Part shown: positions 21,954 through 31,689 of the stretch, piece by piece
Layout of the letters: each line of letters begins with the position of its first letter
How positions within the stretch are numbered: position 1 is the first letter of the stretch
Source of the DNA: Candidatus Latescibacterota bacterium
GTDB taxonomy: Bacteria; Latescibacterota; UBA2968; UBA8231
Assembly (NCBI GenBank): GCA_965223905.1
Contig: CBDCXV010000010.1
Coordinates: forward strand, 1,312,001 to 1,376,000
Length of the DNA: 64,000 nucleotides
Direction of reading: 5' to 3'
Translations under genes and position numbers: made by a program
Notes under the pieces: generated by a model
The model's input: the letters and a program-made list of their open reading frames with translations, nothing else
What the model was told of the DNA's origin: nothing
Databases searched by the model: none

Positions 21954-22721
21954 GTGGCATTACAACTGACCCATTCCGTGACCAACATGCTGAGCGAGAT
22001 CTACCGGACGAGTTTCGAGTGGGCCAAGCTGGGTGGCCATATCATCGAACACCGTTTTGGAGTCACCGTTTACAACTTGGACCACCCTGAGTACAACGAG
22101 AATAACTGCCTTTGGTATTTCGATCCAGGATTGGCGGATGAGTTTACTTTCCAGGTGGTTGTGGCGGAATTCGAAAGCCTGGGTGTGAGCTGCTCTCAAT
22201 GGGTTCCTTCCCCTTCCGCCAATCTGGATTTATGTGACAATTACTTCCGTGTTCATGAGATGGCTGATTCACCAGGAGAAGGCTTATTGCTCGATCTTGA
22301 TAGGGAATACCACGCTGACGCGAGAATCTGCGCGAAACGCAGCAACAAGCAATCCCTTGCGCAGGTCTATTCCTTGAGTGGCCAGAGATCAACTAGCACT
22401 GTCACGAGGAACAAAGCCTTATCTCTTTTGGGGATAGCGAACTACGAATCGTATGTTTGCTACTGGGATGGGGAACTGGCGGGCAGAGCTGGACTGCTGA
22501 GGGTTCCGGGAAAAGTCGCTCGATTGAAGAGCATTTTCGTCGGCGCCACATTTCGCCGTCAGGGAGTTGCTAGCAGCCTGATAAGGGTGATCGCCACCAA
22601 AGCGAGGGAACTGGGGTACCGCTATCTAGCGTCCGAAGTAGACCCTTCCAACGAGGCGTCGTCGGAATGTCATCGAAAGGTAGGGTTCAAAACCGCAGGG
22701 CTTGTTCACGCGTACAAATGA
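21954..22721 (+). CDS. GNAT family N-acetyltransferase (cassette)
   Basis: IFVGATFRRQGVAS, NEAS..RKVGF; start may be ATG 21987. Confidence 0.8.
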   Translation: MALQLTHSVTNMLSEIYRTSFEWAKLGGHIIEHRFGVTVYNLDHPEYNENNCLWYFDPGLADEFTFQVVVAEFESLGVSCSQWVPSPSANLDLCDNYFRVHEMADSPGEGLLLDLDREYHADARICAKRSNKQSLAQVYSLSGQRSTSTVTRNKALSLLGIANYESYVCYWDGELAGRAGLLRVPGKVARLKSIFVGATFRRQGVASSLIRVIATKARELGYRYLASEVDPSNEASSECHRKVGFKTAGLVHAYK

Positions 22722-22839
22722 CTCGGAGATGGACATCACGCCTATTCCTCGGAGTGAAAGATCAAAACCAGTTGTGTACGTTGTGCCGGCTTTTTAAGGC
22801 CAACCGCGGTTTCTTCGCGTCGAAGGCCAAGCCACCAGC

Positions 22840-22923
22840 GGCTAACACGCCGGGCTGCGGCTCCGGCCATCCGGCCTTCGCCCAACCCGCTTCGCGGGTT
22901 CGCAGCCCACGAAAGCGTTAAGC
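22840..22923 (+). repeat. attC-like site 2
   Basis: GGCTAAC..GGGCTGCG/CGCAGCCC..GTTAAGC. Confidence 0.9.
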
Positions 22924-23255
22924 GAAGGCCAAGGAAAATTTGATTGATTTGGTGGAGTATAGGTCATGATAGGCTGTTGCGGAGTTCGGGGTGGTCCCTC
23001 GCGGTGAGGAAGCATTTGCAGAGATGGGCGGCTCGTCGCACGTGATTCCCCACCCCGTCCGGCGCGCTAATACCGCTTGGGCGTTGCGTTTTACCTGGTC
23101 AGGAAAAGACGAGATCAATGGGCAGTTGGAGAGGTCGGGACCTGCGGATTGGGAGACCGACGAAAGATGGAGGGCTGAGCAAGGGCGCCGGACGGCCTCT
23201 CCACCGCCCAAGCCCGAGAGTTTTCTCCCATCGTGGTCGGGCAGAGCAGGCCCTC
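22918..23255. other. ORF-less cassette body, copy B (candidate structured ncRNA)
   Basis: Bounded by GTTAAGCGA/TCGCTTAAC; diverged copy of 21527-21865. Confidence 0.75.
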
Positions 23256-23340
23256 GCTTAACACCTGTGTCCCCGGCTCCGGGCCCTGCGGGCCCCTCGC
23301 GCAACCGCTTCGCGGTTCGGGGGCACGGAAGACGATATAT
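23256..23340 (+). repeat. attC-like site 3 (ends in non-canonical GATATAT)
   Basis: GCTTAAC...CGGGGGCACGGAAGAC-GATATAT. Confidence 0.88.
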
Positions 23341-23432
23341 GACATGGGTTGTCACAGTACCAGTGAAATTCGACAGAGGCAAAGCTGGCACGGTTGAAAT
23401 CATGAGCCTGCAGGCGCTGGAGAAAAACTGAC

Positions 23433-23924
23433 GTGGATCGCGTAGCCGTATTCGCAGATGTACAGAATGTTTACTACACAGTTAAGCAGCAACATAATTG
23501 CCATTTCGACTATGGTTCTTTCCTCAGGGAGGCGACAGCCGGCCGGAAACTGGTGAAGGCAGTAGCCTATGCTATTGACAAAGGCGACAGAAAGCAGGCC
23601 CAATTTCAGAAAATTCTGAAACGGCTCGGTTTTGAGGTAAAGCTCGCGCCTTATATTCAGAGAGCTGACGGCTCAGCCAAAGGGGACTGGGACGTGGGCA
23701 TTACGGTCGATATGTTGGAGTACGCAGATCGCGTGGATGTCGCTGTCCTGGCTTCAGGTGACGGAGACTACGCGCCTGCAATTGACAAGCTAATCAAGGA
23801 ATCCAAGGTATCCGTCGAGGTGTACGGTGTCCCAGGACTAACTGCTAGTCGTCTAATCGAATCGGCGACGCGATTTGTGCCAATTCAAGGAGATCTGTTG
23901 CTGCCTATTCCCACCACGTGGTGA
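23433..23924 (+). CDS. NYN domain (LabA/DUF88) protein (cassette)
   Basis: VFADVQNVY, KGDWDVGITVD, SGDGDY. Confidence 0.9.
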   Translation: MDRVAVFADVQNVYYTVKQQHNCHFDYGSFLREATAGRKLVKAVAYAIDKGDRKQAQFQKILKRLGFEVKLAPYIQRADGSAKGDWDVGITVDMLEYADRVDVAVLASGDGDYAPAIDKLIKESKVSVEVYGVPGLTASRLIESATRFVPIQGDLLLPIPTTW

Positions 23925-24021
23925 CGTGGAAGCGACACTGTTGCAAAGCCATGCACGCTAACGCACTCTCGCGTCGCTACCTCTCTGCGTTGATCAGCCT
24001 TGGAGCAATCATACCCACGTC

Positions 24022-24111
24022 ATATATCACAGCAATTCACGCTGCCGCCATTCGGCGCTTGGCCTTCGGCAAGTCGCTTTCGCGACTTCGTGAATTGTGA
24101 GAACGTTACAT
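24022..24111 (+). repeat. attC-like site 4 (starts with non-canonical ATATATC)
   Basis: ATATATC..CAATTCACG/CGTGAATTG..GTTACAT. Confidence 0.88.
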
Positions 24112-24154
24112 GAAATGCTTGATAGATATCTGCGATAGACGCTGACAACACGAG

Positions 24155-24784
24155 ATGGACGTAAATCTTCTCTCATCGCGACTTGCCTCGGAATTGGGCT
24201 CGAATAGACTCCTCGTAGCCGCACTCGATGGTCCCGGCGGAGCTGGAAAGTCAACCATCGCCAGGAAACTAAGCGAGAGGTGTAATCTCATCTCAATCGT
24301 TCACGGGGATGACTTCTATGCTCCAATGGAGGAGCATGCGAGAATGGCTCTAACGCCTGAAAATGGTTACATGAGGTATTTTGATTGGGCGAGAATACGG
24401 AGTGAGCTTCTTGAACCCTTATCGCGTGGAGATCGAGCTCGCTACAAGCGCTATGATTGGGGGAGCAACCAGCTGGCGGAGTGGGTTGATCAACCGGCTG
24501 AGGGCATCATCCTGATCGATGGGGTCTATTCATTTCGGCCCGAATTGAGGAAATTCTATGGCTACTCCATTTTCGTCGACACTCCGAAAGCCGAATGTCT
24601 GGATAGGCTGGTCAAGCGAGGTGAAAACACAGACGAATGGATTCGGAGATGGAGGGCAGCGGAAGATTACTATCTGACGCATATAGACACTGCCAGTGCT
24701 GTTTCCGTCGTTGTTTCAGGCATAGGAAGCGCTGGAGCATCGGATCCGATATCGCGACCGAGGATATCCGCGCACTTCATGTAA
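24155..24784 (+). CDS. Uridine kinase-like P-loop protein (cassette)
   Basis: DGPGGAGKST, HGDDFY, YDW; stop codon lies inside ATGTAAC. Confidence 0.85.
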   Translation: MDVNLLSSRLASELGSNRLLVAALDGPGGAGKSTIARKLSERCNLISIVHGDDFYAPMEEHARMALTPENGYMRYFDWARIRSELLEPLSRGDRARYKRYDWGSNQLAEWVDQPAEGIILIDGVYSFRPELRKFYGYSIFVDTPKAECLDRLVKRGENTDEWIRRWRAAEDYYLTHIDTASAVSVVVSGIGSAGASDPISRPRISAHFM

Positions 24785-24859
24785 CACCGTGCCCCCGGCT
24801 TCGGGGCAAAGCCCCTTAGCCCAACCGCTACGCGGTTCGGGAGCACTGAAACGTTAGCC
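24779..24859 (+). repeat. attC-like site 5
   Basis: ATGTAAC-ACCGTGCCCCCG...CGGGAGCACTGAAAC-GTTAGCC. Confidence 0.9.
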
Positions 24860-24929
24860 GAAATGTCGGTTTGAGGCTTACATCATTGCCTCGAGTTGTG
24901 ATTCAACAGAATCAGAAGGAGATGGTCCC

Positions 24930-26642
24930 TTGATAGGTGATTTTGATGTCGATCCGATCACAGGGCGCCTCGTTCTGTGGTGCCGGAGCATTTCCGGAGA
25001 AACCTGGTTGAAAATTACGGAGCCCTCAGGTGAGATCATTGGGGAAGTACCGCCTGAATTTCTTCCCCATCATCCGCGTTGGGCTCCAGATGGACTTCGT
25101 CTTACGTTTTCTGGGAACGATGGCCGCATCGGTGTCTATGAGCTATCTCAGAATGACATAAGGGTCGTCTACGAAGATCAATCCATGCAAGCGGGGTTCA
25201 GCCAGTGGTCGCCAAACGGCACAAGCCTCGTGTTTTCTGCCTACGAAAAGCACAGTACCGAGCAATTGAATAAACGGCCACCTGACATTTTTCACCTCAC
25301 ATTGGATAGCGGCAAACTTGATAGATTGACCGCATCGAAGGACAGTGTGGACAGGTTTCCAAATTGGTCCCCATCCGGTGACCTGATTGCATTTCATCGG
25401 CAAAACCTGGAGGAGCTTAACAAGCCTAAGAAAGTGCATCTATTTGATCTTCAACGTCAAAGAATATCCTTGCTCCTGCCCGAGGCAAATGGTAACCGAT
25501 TTGGTCGATTCCCCTGGTCACGTGACGAAAGCTGGTTTGCACTTCACGTGTCCGACGAGAAGGAAGGGACCGTTCACGTTGTAGATCTTACGGGCCGAGA
25601 TTCCGGGTGGATCTATGAAGATGGGCCTGTGAAAGAAGGTGCATTTTCAAACTCGACGAACAGGCTTCTCTGCGTCAGACCCGATGAGCTTGTTTGGGTG
25701 CAGTTTCCCGTAGGCCGCGTAGATTCACGCATCAGATTGGATTCCGGGGTTAGCGTGGCGAAGAACCTGACTTGGTATCAAATCGCCTTCAGAGCCGACA
25801 GCGATACCGTCTTTTTTCTTGGAACAGACCATAAGGTTTACCGCTGGAAAGAATCTGAAGGATGCACTGTCGTAGCTGAGCATACCGAACCCGTACCGAG
25901 TTTTAGGCTTGAGGAATTTACGGTTCCTGCTTCGGATGGTTTAGCTCTTCCAGCACAGCGGTTGGTTCCGCCGTCTCCACGAGAGCTCGCTGTTCTGTAT
26001 GTGCATGGTGGGCCTGGAGGCAGCCTCGATAGAAATGACTCATGGGCTTTAGGGCTGCTTCGCCAGGGATTCGAGATTGTGCGCGTGGCTTATAGGGGCT
26101 CTACCGGCTTCGGCGAGGACCTCGATCGAGCGAACACCGGGGTCGCCGGGGTCGCAGACGTTCAGGATGTATTAGACTGTGGAATCTACTGGCAGCAACA
26201 CTTTAGTACAGGCAGGAGAATCGCTCTGTTCGGTAATAGCTATGGCGGGTTTCTAAGTCTCCTTGCCCTGGCAGATGCATCTTCACCATTCGTAGGTGGG
26301 ATCTCCACGTGCACTTGCACAAGTCTTCGAATCATGCGCCTCCATCATGATAGATTCCTTCCAAGTAGTCCAACGGAACGCGAGAAAGCATTAGTTGAGC
26401 GATCCGTATTGACACATGCTACCCATATAAAGAGGCCAATCCTGCTGGTTCATGGCGCGCTTGATACCGTCGCGACCACAAGCGAAATGCAGCACGTCGA
26501 GAAACTCATTAATGACTCTGGCGGCAACTGTACGCTAATCGTCTTTGGCGACGACACACACAGTTTGGCAAAGCACCGCGAAGAAATATACGAAAAGGCT
26601 ATCCAATTCTATGAAAAGTGTTCAACGCCTGGACAGGATTGA
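24930..26642 (+). CDS. S9 prolyl oligopeptidase-family peptidase with TolB-like beta-propeller (cassette)
   Basis: WSPxG repeats, HGGPG, GNSYGG, HGALD, DDTH. Confidence 0.88.
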   Translation: MIGDFDVDPITGRLVLWCRSISGETWLKITEPSGEIIGEVPPEFLPHHPRWAPDGLRLTFSGNDGRIGVYELSQNDIRVVYEDQSMQAGFSQWSPNGTSLVFSAYEKHSTEQLNKRPPDIFHLTLDSGKLDRLTASKDSVDRFPNWSPSGDLIAFHRQNLEELNKPKKVHLFDLQRQRISLLLPEANGNRFGRFPWSRDESWFALHVSDEKEGTVHVVDLTGRDSGWIYEDGPVKEGAFSNSTNRLLCVRPDELVWVQFPVGRVDSRIRLDSGVSVAKNLTWYQIAFRADSDTVFFLGTDHKVYRWKESEGCTVVAEHTEPVPSFRLEEFTVPASDGLALPAQRLVPPSPRELAVLYVHGGPGGSLDRNDSWALGLLRQGFEIVRVAYRGSTGFGEDLDRANTGVAGVADVQDVLDCGIYWQQHFSTGRRIALFGNSYGGFLSLLALADASSPFVGGISTCTCTSLRIMRLHHDRFLPSSPTEREKALVERSVLTHATHIKRPILLVHGALDTVATTSEMQHVEKLINDSGGNCTLIVFGDDTHSLAKHREEIYEKAIQFYEKCSTPGQD

Positions 26643-26662
26643 GCTTTACAGGTCCACACAGC

Positions 26663-26746
26663 AGCTAACACATGGGTCACGGCTTCGGGCCATACGGCCC
26701 TTCGCCCAACTCACTTCGTGAGTTCGTGACCCATCAAACGTTATAC
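26663..26746 (+). repeat. attC-like site 6
   Basis: AGCTAAC..ATGGGTCACG/CGTGACCCAT..GTTATAC. Confidence 0.9.
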
Positions 26747-26757
26747 GCCCCAACAAG

Positions 26758-27507
26758 ATGCTGGAGGAACAGGTGGCCGGAAGTAGAGATGATCTCAGAG
26801 AGGCGGTAGAGCGCGGCGACCTCTCCACTGTCAAACGGCTGTTACATACGGAGCCAGGTCTTCTCCACGAGTCCATCCCTCCATGCGATGATCGCAAACA
26901 ACGAGGCCAGATTCTCAGATACCGACCGATGACGCTCGCCGCCGTGGAGTGTCAGACAGAAATTCTCTCTTTTCTGATTGCCGAGGGGGGCGATGTGATG
27001 GAGTACAGCAATTTTCCACTCTGTCGAGCATCACTCTACGACCGTTGTATTCCAACTCTGGAGTTACTGGTTCAGCATGGCGCAGAGGTAAATCGAGTCG
27101 GTAATGACTACGGTCCGCCGTTGATATTCGCGTGCGAAGGAATGGCCCTCGATTGCATCGCATGGTTGCTGGACAACGGCGCGGCAATCACAGGGACTGG
27201 TCCGAGTTTATCTGAAACCGTGTCTTGGAATGCCCTCAAACATGCGGGCTTCTTCAACCGGAAGTGTTCGGGCATGCTTGATTTGCTCCTCGAGCATGGC
27301 GCTGACGTCAACAGTTCAGTTGTTGATGAGGTTGGCGGAGATCCTGAGACTACGGTACTGCACAATGTCGTGGAAAGCGGGGATATTGCTGGCGTGGAGC
27401 TCCTGCTTACCCATGGGGCTGACCAAGATGCCAAAAATGGCAAGGGACAGCGCCCGGTCGAGGTGGCTCGGGAACGCAAAGTCAGAGAACTACTAGAGAA
27501 CATCTGA
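26758..27507 (+). CDS. Ankyrin-repeat protein (cassette)
   Basis: LLVQHGAEVN, LLLEHGADVN, LLLTHGAD..KNGKGQRP. Confidence 0.88.
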   Translation: MLEEQVAGSRDDLREAVERGDLSTVKRLLHTEPGLLHESIPPCDDRKQRGQILRYRPMTLAAVECQTEILSFLIAEGGDVMEYSNFPLCRASLYDRCIPTLELLVQHGAEVNRVGNDYGPPLIFACEGMALDCIAWLLDNGAAITGTGPSLSETVSWNALKHAGFFNRKCSGMLDLLLEHGADVNSSVVDEVGGDPETTVLHNVVESGDIAGVELLLTHGADQDAKNGKGQRPVEVARERKVRELLENI

Positions 27508-27516
27508 GGTTGGAGC

Positions 27517-27607
27517 GCATAACCGCACGTTTGGCGATGCGGCGCTTAGCGCGCCTCGGCCTTCGGCAACCCGCTAAGCGGGTTCGCAAACCGGCAACCC
27601 GTTAGCG
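27517..27607 (+). repeat. attC-like site 7
   Basis: GCATAAC...GGCCTTCGGCAACCCGCTAAGCGGGTTCGCAAAC...GTTAGCG. Confidence 0.85.
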
Positions 27608-27662
27608 GCAATGGAGTTCAGGCCTGGCATGTTCCTCTGGCCAGTCATCAGGAGGCACCAAG

Positions 27663-28148
27663 ATGGAGAATATAATCCTTTCGTTGCAGGGTTTCTCTGT
27701 GTTCCTGCAAATCGCTTTCCTAGTCACTTTGATAGCAATCGCACAGACTCTTCGACGCTCAATTGGAATTTGGAGCCCCTCTTGGATTGTTATCTTTTTC
27801 TCTCTGAAATATTTGGGGGAGTATGCTAATCCCTTCCTGATGAAACTGCTGACTGAGGAATGGACGGCGTTAACAGTCCCAAACGCGCCGGTCACCTTAG
27901 GGCAGTTGTTTGTATTTCTCAGTTCCGCTCACCTGATATTCATACTGCTGGGTGCTTTCGGCCTCCTCGCCCTGGTCTTGTCGGACCTATCCCATTCTTT
28001 GTGGGGCGCAGACGACATACACCCCTCACGTTGGTTTCAGTGTTTCGAGTTGGTCGGCCGTCATCGACTCGGATTCGGGTTGGCTACGGTGCTGTTGGCT
28101 GTAGCGCACCCTGCCCTTCTGGTGGGCCTTCTGTTGAGTAACAATTGA
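27663..28148 (+). CDS. Hypothetical membrane protein (cassette)
   Basis: 161 aa with about 4 hydrophobic segments; AGGAGG RBS; fills the cassette. Confidence 0.75.
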   Translation: MENIILSLQGFSVFLQIAFLVTLIAIAQTLRRSIGIWSPSWIVIFFSLKYLGEYANPFLMKLLTEEWTALTVPNAPVTLGQLFVFLSSAHLIFILLGAFGLLALVLSDLSHSLWGADDIHPSRWFQCFELVGRHRLGFGLATVLLAVAHPALLVGLLLSNN

Positions 28149-28165
28149 GACTGGCAGACCACAGC

Positions 28166-28247
28166 CGATAACACCGTGCCCCTGGCTCCGGCGCCTGCGC
28201 GCCTACGCGCAACCGCTTCGCGGTTCGGGGGCACTGAGACGTTAGAA
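28166..28247 (+). repeat. attC-like site 8
   Basis: CGATAAC-ACCGTGCCCC...GGGGCACTGAGAC-GTTAGAA. Confidence 0.9.
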
Positions 28248-28344
28248 GAAATGGAAAAAAGAATCAGCGCTTAAGTAAGAAATCGCCTGAATAAAGGTAG
28301 AGGTACGATATATTCGCCGTTCAGTTTTTAGGCAGGAGTTTTTA

Positions 28345-29304
28345 ATGAATAGCAAGGCTAGTATCGTAGATGAGTTTTTGCTTAAAGGGGTCATCGGTAT
28401 GAGCAGGGCGATCGGTAAGAATCGTATGTCTGGCCATCCAGGCGCTGCGATGCTTGCTGCATATTTCTTTTGTGTTGAGAATGCCCTGTCAGACGAGGTT
28501 CAGGCCGAGGTCTATAATCTCGTGAGACGCATGGTCAACTCAGAATCAATGTGGTTCAGCAGAGATGGAGAATCTTCAACCAATGAGATCTTCTTTTCTA
28601 CCAAACCAGATCAGAGACCAAACGCGGATCTAATCCCGTCTGTTGCCACTGCACTAGAACCCAGTATCACCGAATGTCGGGATTCAGGACACAATACTAT
28701 CTTCGCGTCGTTAGTACTGAAGGCACTGCACACCGCGCCACATTATGCATTTCCTGCGATTATTGAAGGTATCATAAACTTGCTCAAAGCTTTTGAGGGA
28801 CGTGGGCCGGGATGGGCACGTGTACCAGGTAATGAGAAATTAGCAGATCCCCGTGAGTTTTCGGTACCTCAAGAACTGGATGATCCTTCCTATGAGAGCC
28901 ATATCGACATGATCGAAGCAGTATCCCGCTATGTCGTACCAGATAACTTCGCCAAAAAAGGCGTTGGTGGGCCGATCCATGTCATAGATCATGCCGTAGC
29001 TCTGTTAGATCTGCACGCGTTGGGGTATTCTTCGTTGGCGAATAGAGGACTGGCAGCTCATCAGCAACATATGAAGTTGTGGCTGGGCCTCCCTAAATTT
29101 CCGCAAGCTGAAAACAGCTACTCCGTGAAATCGAAGCACGATCCTCGCGCATTGGACTACTGGCGTGAGAAGATAACCATAAAAGATGGTGGCGGTGATG
29201 AACACCGACTGAAGATTCTCTATGGCGCGCACCGTTTTGCCGAGTGCATTACAGACGTAAACAAACGTCGAAGTTTTCTTGAAAGTGCGGCGCACCTGTT
29301 TTGA
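28345..29304 (+). CDS. Hypothetical protein with several His motifs (cassette)
   Basis: 319 aa, AGGAG RBS; SGHPGAA, SGHNTIF, IHVIDHA. Confidence 0.75.
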   Translation: MNSKASIVDEFLLKGVIGMSRAIGKNRMSGHPGAAMLAAYFFCVENALSDEVQAEVYNLVRRMVNSESMWFSRDGESSTNEIFFSTKPDQRPNADLIPSVATALEPSITECRDSGHNTIFASLVLKALHTAPHYAFPAIIEGIINLLKAFEGRGPGWARVPGNEKLADPREFSVPQELDDPSYESHIDMIEAVSRYVVPDNFAKKGVGGPIHVIDHAVALLDLHALGYSSLANRGLAAHQQHMKLWLGLPKFPQAENSYSVKSKHDPRALDYWREKITIKDGGGDEHRLKILYGAHRFAECITDVNKRRSFLESAAHLF

Positions 29305-29370
29305 AAATGCGCCTAACGGCGAGCGTTGTTGGCTCTCTTTTTCTTTTACAGAAACTAAATATGCCACTTC

Positions 29371-29457
29371 TTCTAACACATCCATTTACGCTACGGCGCT
29401 ACGCGCCTTGGCCTTCGGCAACCCGCTGCGCGGGGTCGCAAACCGGGGACGTTAGAG
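29371..29457 (+). repeat. attC-like site 9
   Basis: TTCTAAC...GGCGCTACGCGCCTTGGCCTTCGGCAACCC...GTTAGAG. Confidence 0.88.
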
Positions 29458-29991
29458 GCCATGCGGCCAGACAAGAGGACAATCGCAAATGAGGCTTGGG
29501 AGAATCTGACGATGCTGGAAGAGGGTGAATCCGTCCAAGGTTGTGTCAATCCCGTTGTGCGGATTGGAGATACCGTGCGCAGGCCTATCCATAGCTGGAC
29601 TCCAGCCGTCCATTCCTTGCTGCACTACTTGGAGGCGGTTGGCTTTTCAGGATCTCCCCGTGTCCTCGGATTCGACGAACTGGGAAGAGAGGTGCTTTCG
29701 TTCATCCCAGGGGAAGTTGCTCTGCGACCATGGCCGGAGGTGATGGGTGAGGAGAAGGGCCTCGCTGAGGTCGCCCGTTTTCTCTCCAGATATCACAATG
29801 CCGTGAAAGACTTTGAGCCACCAGAGAATGCTGAATGGTATGTTCCCATGTGACGTGGCGACCAGGAATGACCATCCGACACGGGGATCTTGGACCCTGG
29901 AATACTATCTGGGAAGGGCGAACCTTAAACTGGAGTTGACCCGATTTCGTGGACACTTCATTTCTTGGAGAAAGAAAGGAGATGTCCAACC

Positions 29992-30306
29992 ATGCCGAAA
30001 TCACATAGCCCGTATCCGCCGGAATTCCGGCAACAGATGGTTGAGCTCGTACGGGCGGGTCGTAGCCCGGAGGCGTTGGCCAAGGAATTCGAGCCGTCCG
30101 GGCAGACGATCCGCAACTGGGTGATCCAGGCCGAACGCGATGAGGGGGTGCGTCGCGACGGGCCGAGCCGCCCCGAACAGGAGGAGCTGCGGCGCCTTCG
30201 CCGTGAGAACAAGCAACTGCGTATCGAACGGGGGATCCTGGCAAAAGCCACGGCCTGGTTCGCTCGCGAGGCCGACTCGGGGTCCGGCCCGTCTACGAGT
30301 TCATGA
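29992..30306 (+). CDS. IS3 transposase OrfA
   Basis: YPPEFRQQMVELV HTH; EELRRLRRENKQL zipper. Confidence 0.9.
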   Translation: MPKSHSPYPPEFRQQMVELVRAGRSPEALAKEFEPSGQTIRNWVIQAERDEGVRRDGPSRPEQEELRRLRRENKQLRIERGILAKATAWFAREADSGSGPSTSS

Positions 30307-31187
30307 GAGCGCACCAGGCCGACTTTCCGGTGTTCACGATGTGCCGCGTGCTGAAGGTGTCCCCCAGCGGCTACTACGCCTGGTTGAAGCGCCCGCCGTC
30401 GGGTCGCACTCGGGCCGATGCGGTGCTCAAGGCGCGCGTCGAGCAGATCCACCAACGCTCCCGAGGCACTTACGGGGCGCCGAGGATCCGGGCCGAACTG
30501 GCCGAGGAGGGGCGCGGCGTCAGTCGCAAGCGCATCGCCCGATTGATGCTCGAGCTCGGGGTGCGTGGGGTATGCGGGCGGCGCCGGATCTCCACGACCC
30601 GCCGCAGCCGGCAGGGCCGGGTCGCCTCCGACCTGGTCAACCGGGTGTTTTCGGCCTCGGGCCCGAATCTGCTGTGGGTTGCCGACATCACCTACCTGCC
30701 CACCGCTTCGGGTTTTTTGTATCTGAGTGTGGTGGTCGACGCCTGGAGCCGCCGGGTGGTGGGCTGGGCTATGGCGAGCCATCTGCGTACGCAGCTGGTG
30801 CTCGACGCCCTTGACATGGCCCTGTACCGGCGTCGCCCCCACTCGGTAATCCACCACTCCGATCACGGCAGTCAGTATACGGCCCTGGCCTTCGGGCAAC
30901 GCTGTCGCCAGGCCGGGGTGCGCCCGTCGATGGGATCGGTCGGTGACTGCTACGACAATGCCCTGTGCGAAAGCTTTTTCGCCACGCTGGAAAGGGAGTT
31001 GTTGGATCGTCATCGGTTTGCTACCCATGCCGAGGCCCGGCTAGCTGTTTTCGAGTACCTGGAAGGCGGGTACAATCGCCAGCGGCGGCATTCCGCCCTG
31101 GGACAACGGTCTCCCGTCAACTACGAGAGATATCACCAATCAGAGAGTGTAGATCCAAACGCAAAACTGTCCGTGAAATCGGGGTAA
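30303..31187 (+). CDS. IS3 transposase OrfB (DDE)
   Basis: WVADITY, HHSDHGSQY, DNALCESFF; ATGA overlap with orfA. Confidence 0.93.
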   Translation: MRAHQADFPVFTMCRVLKVSPSGYYAWLKRPPSGRTRADAVLKARVEQIHQRSRGTYGAPRIRAELAEEGRGVSRKRIARLMLELGVRGVCGRRRISTTRRSRQGRVASDLVNRVFSASGPNLLWVADITYLPTASGFLYLSVVVDAWSRRVVGWAMASHLRTQLVLDALDMALYRRRPHSVIHHSDHGSQYTALAFGQRCRQAGVRPSMGSVGDCYDNALCESFFATLERELLDRHRFATHAEARLAVFEYLEGGYNRQRRHSALGQRSPVNYERYHQSESVDPNAKLSVKSG

Positions 31188-31562
31188 CCTCAAACGGGGT
31201 AATCGACTGGGACTTTGCTGAACCAGGTGATGCTCTCTGCGATGTTAGTCAGTTTGCTTGGTATGCGGTGCCTCTCCGAGGAGAAGACCACTGGAGAAAG
31301 GCTGGATTTTCTGATAAGCCTGATCTCAGGGCCAGACTAACCGTACTTTCTGACACCTATGGTACGGACTCCAAAGCAATCTTGGACACCCTATGCAATC
31401 TGCAATTGGAAGAGTATCGCAGGACCGAGACTCTGGGCAGGCAGGGACTCCTCCCCTGGTCCATCTTCTACGAACGTGGGGATCTTGCGGAACTCTCAAA
31501 AGAAAACACGTGGCTGAGAGAGAATTACGATTCGCTTGCCGTATAGAAGCGGTCCGCACGTC

Positions 31563-31658
31563 TTCTAACACGTCCACTTGCGCTGCGGCGCATATGCGCC
31601 TTGGCCTTCGGCAACCCCTCGACAAGCTCGGGGTTCGCAAGTGGCGAAAACGTTAGGT
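31563..31658 (+). repeat. attC-like site 10
   Basis: TTCTAAC..CCACTTGCG/CGCAAGTGG..GTTAGGT. Confidence 0.9.
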
Positions 31659-31689
31659 GCCATCTGAAAGATTCCACTGTGGAGGACTC

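Larger units (their letters stand above)
29931..31192 (+). mobile_element. IS3-family insertion sequence (1262 bp)
   Basis: TG..CA ends, imperfect IRs TGGAGTTGACCCGATTTCGTGGACA / TGTCCGTGAAATCGGGGTAACCTCA, AAC target duplication. Confidence 0.95.
29461..31546 (+). pseudogene. Aminoglycoside phosphotransferase-like kinase (cassette), interrupted by IS3 and frameshifted
   Basis: VVRIGDTVRR..GREVLSFIPG, HGDLGPWN | NGVIDWDFAEPG; halves rejoin in frame after removing the IS; frameshift near 29847. Confidence 0.85.

Noticed and set aside
21574-23431. Small ORFs called over the two ORF-less cassettes
   Set aside because: Frames are not conserved between the copies, several run through att sites, and none has recognisable motifs.
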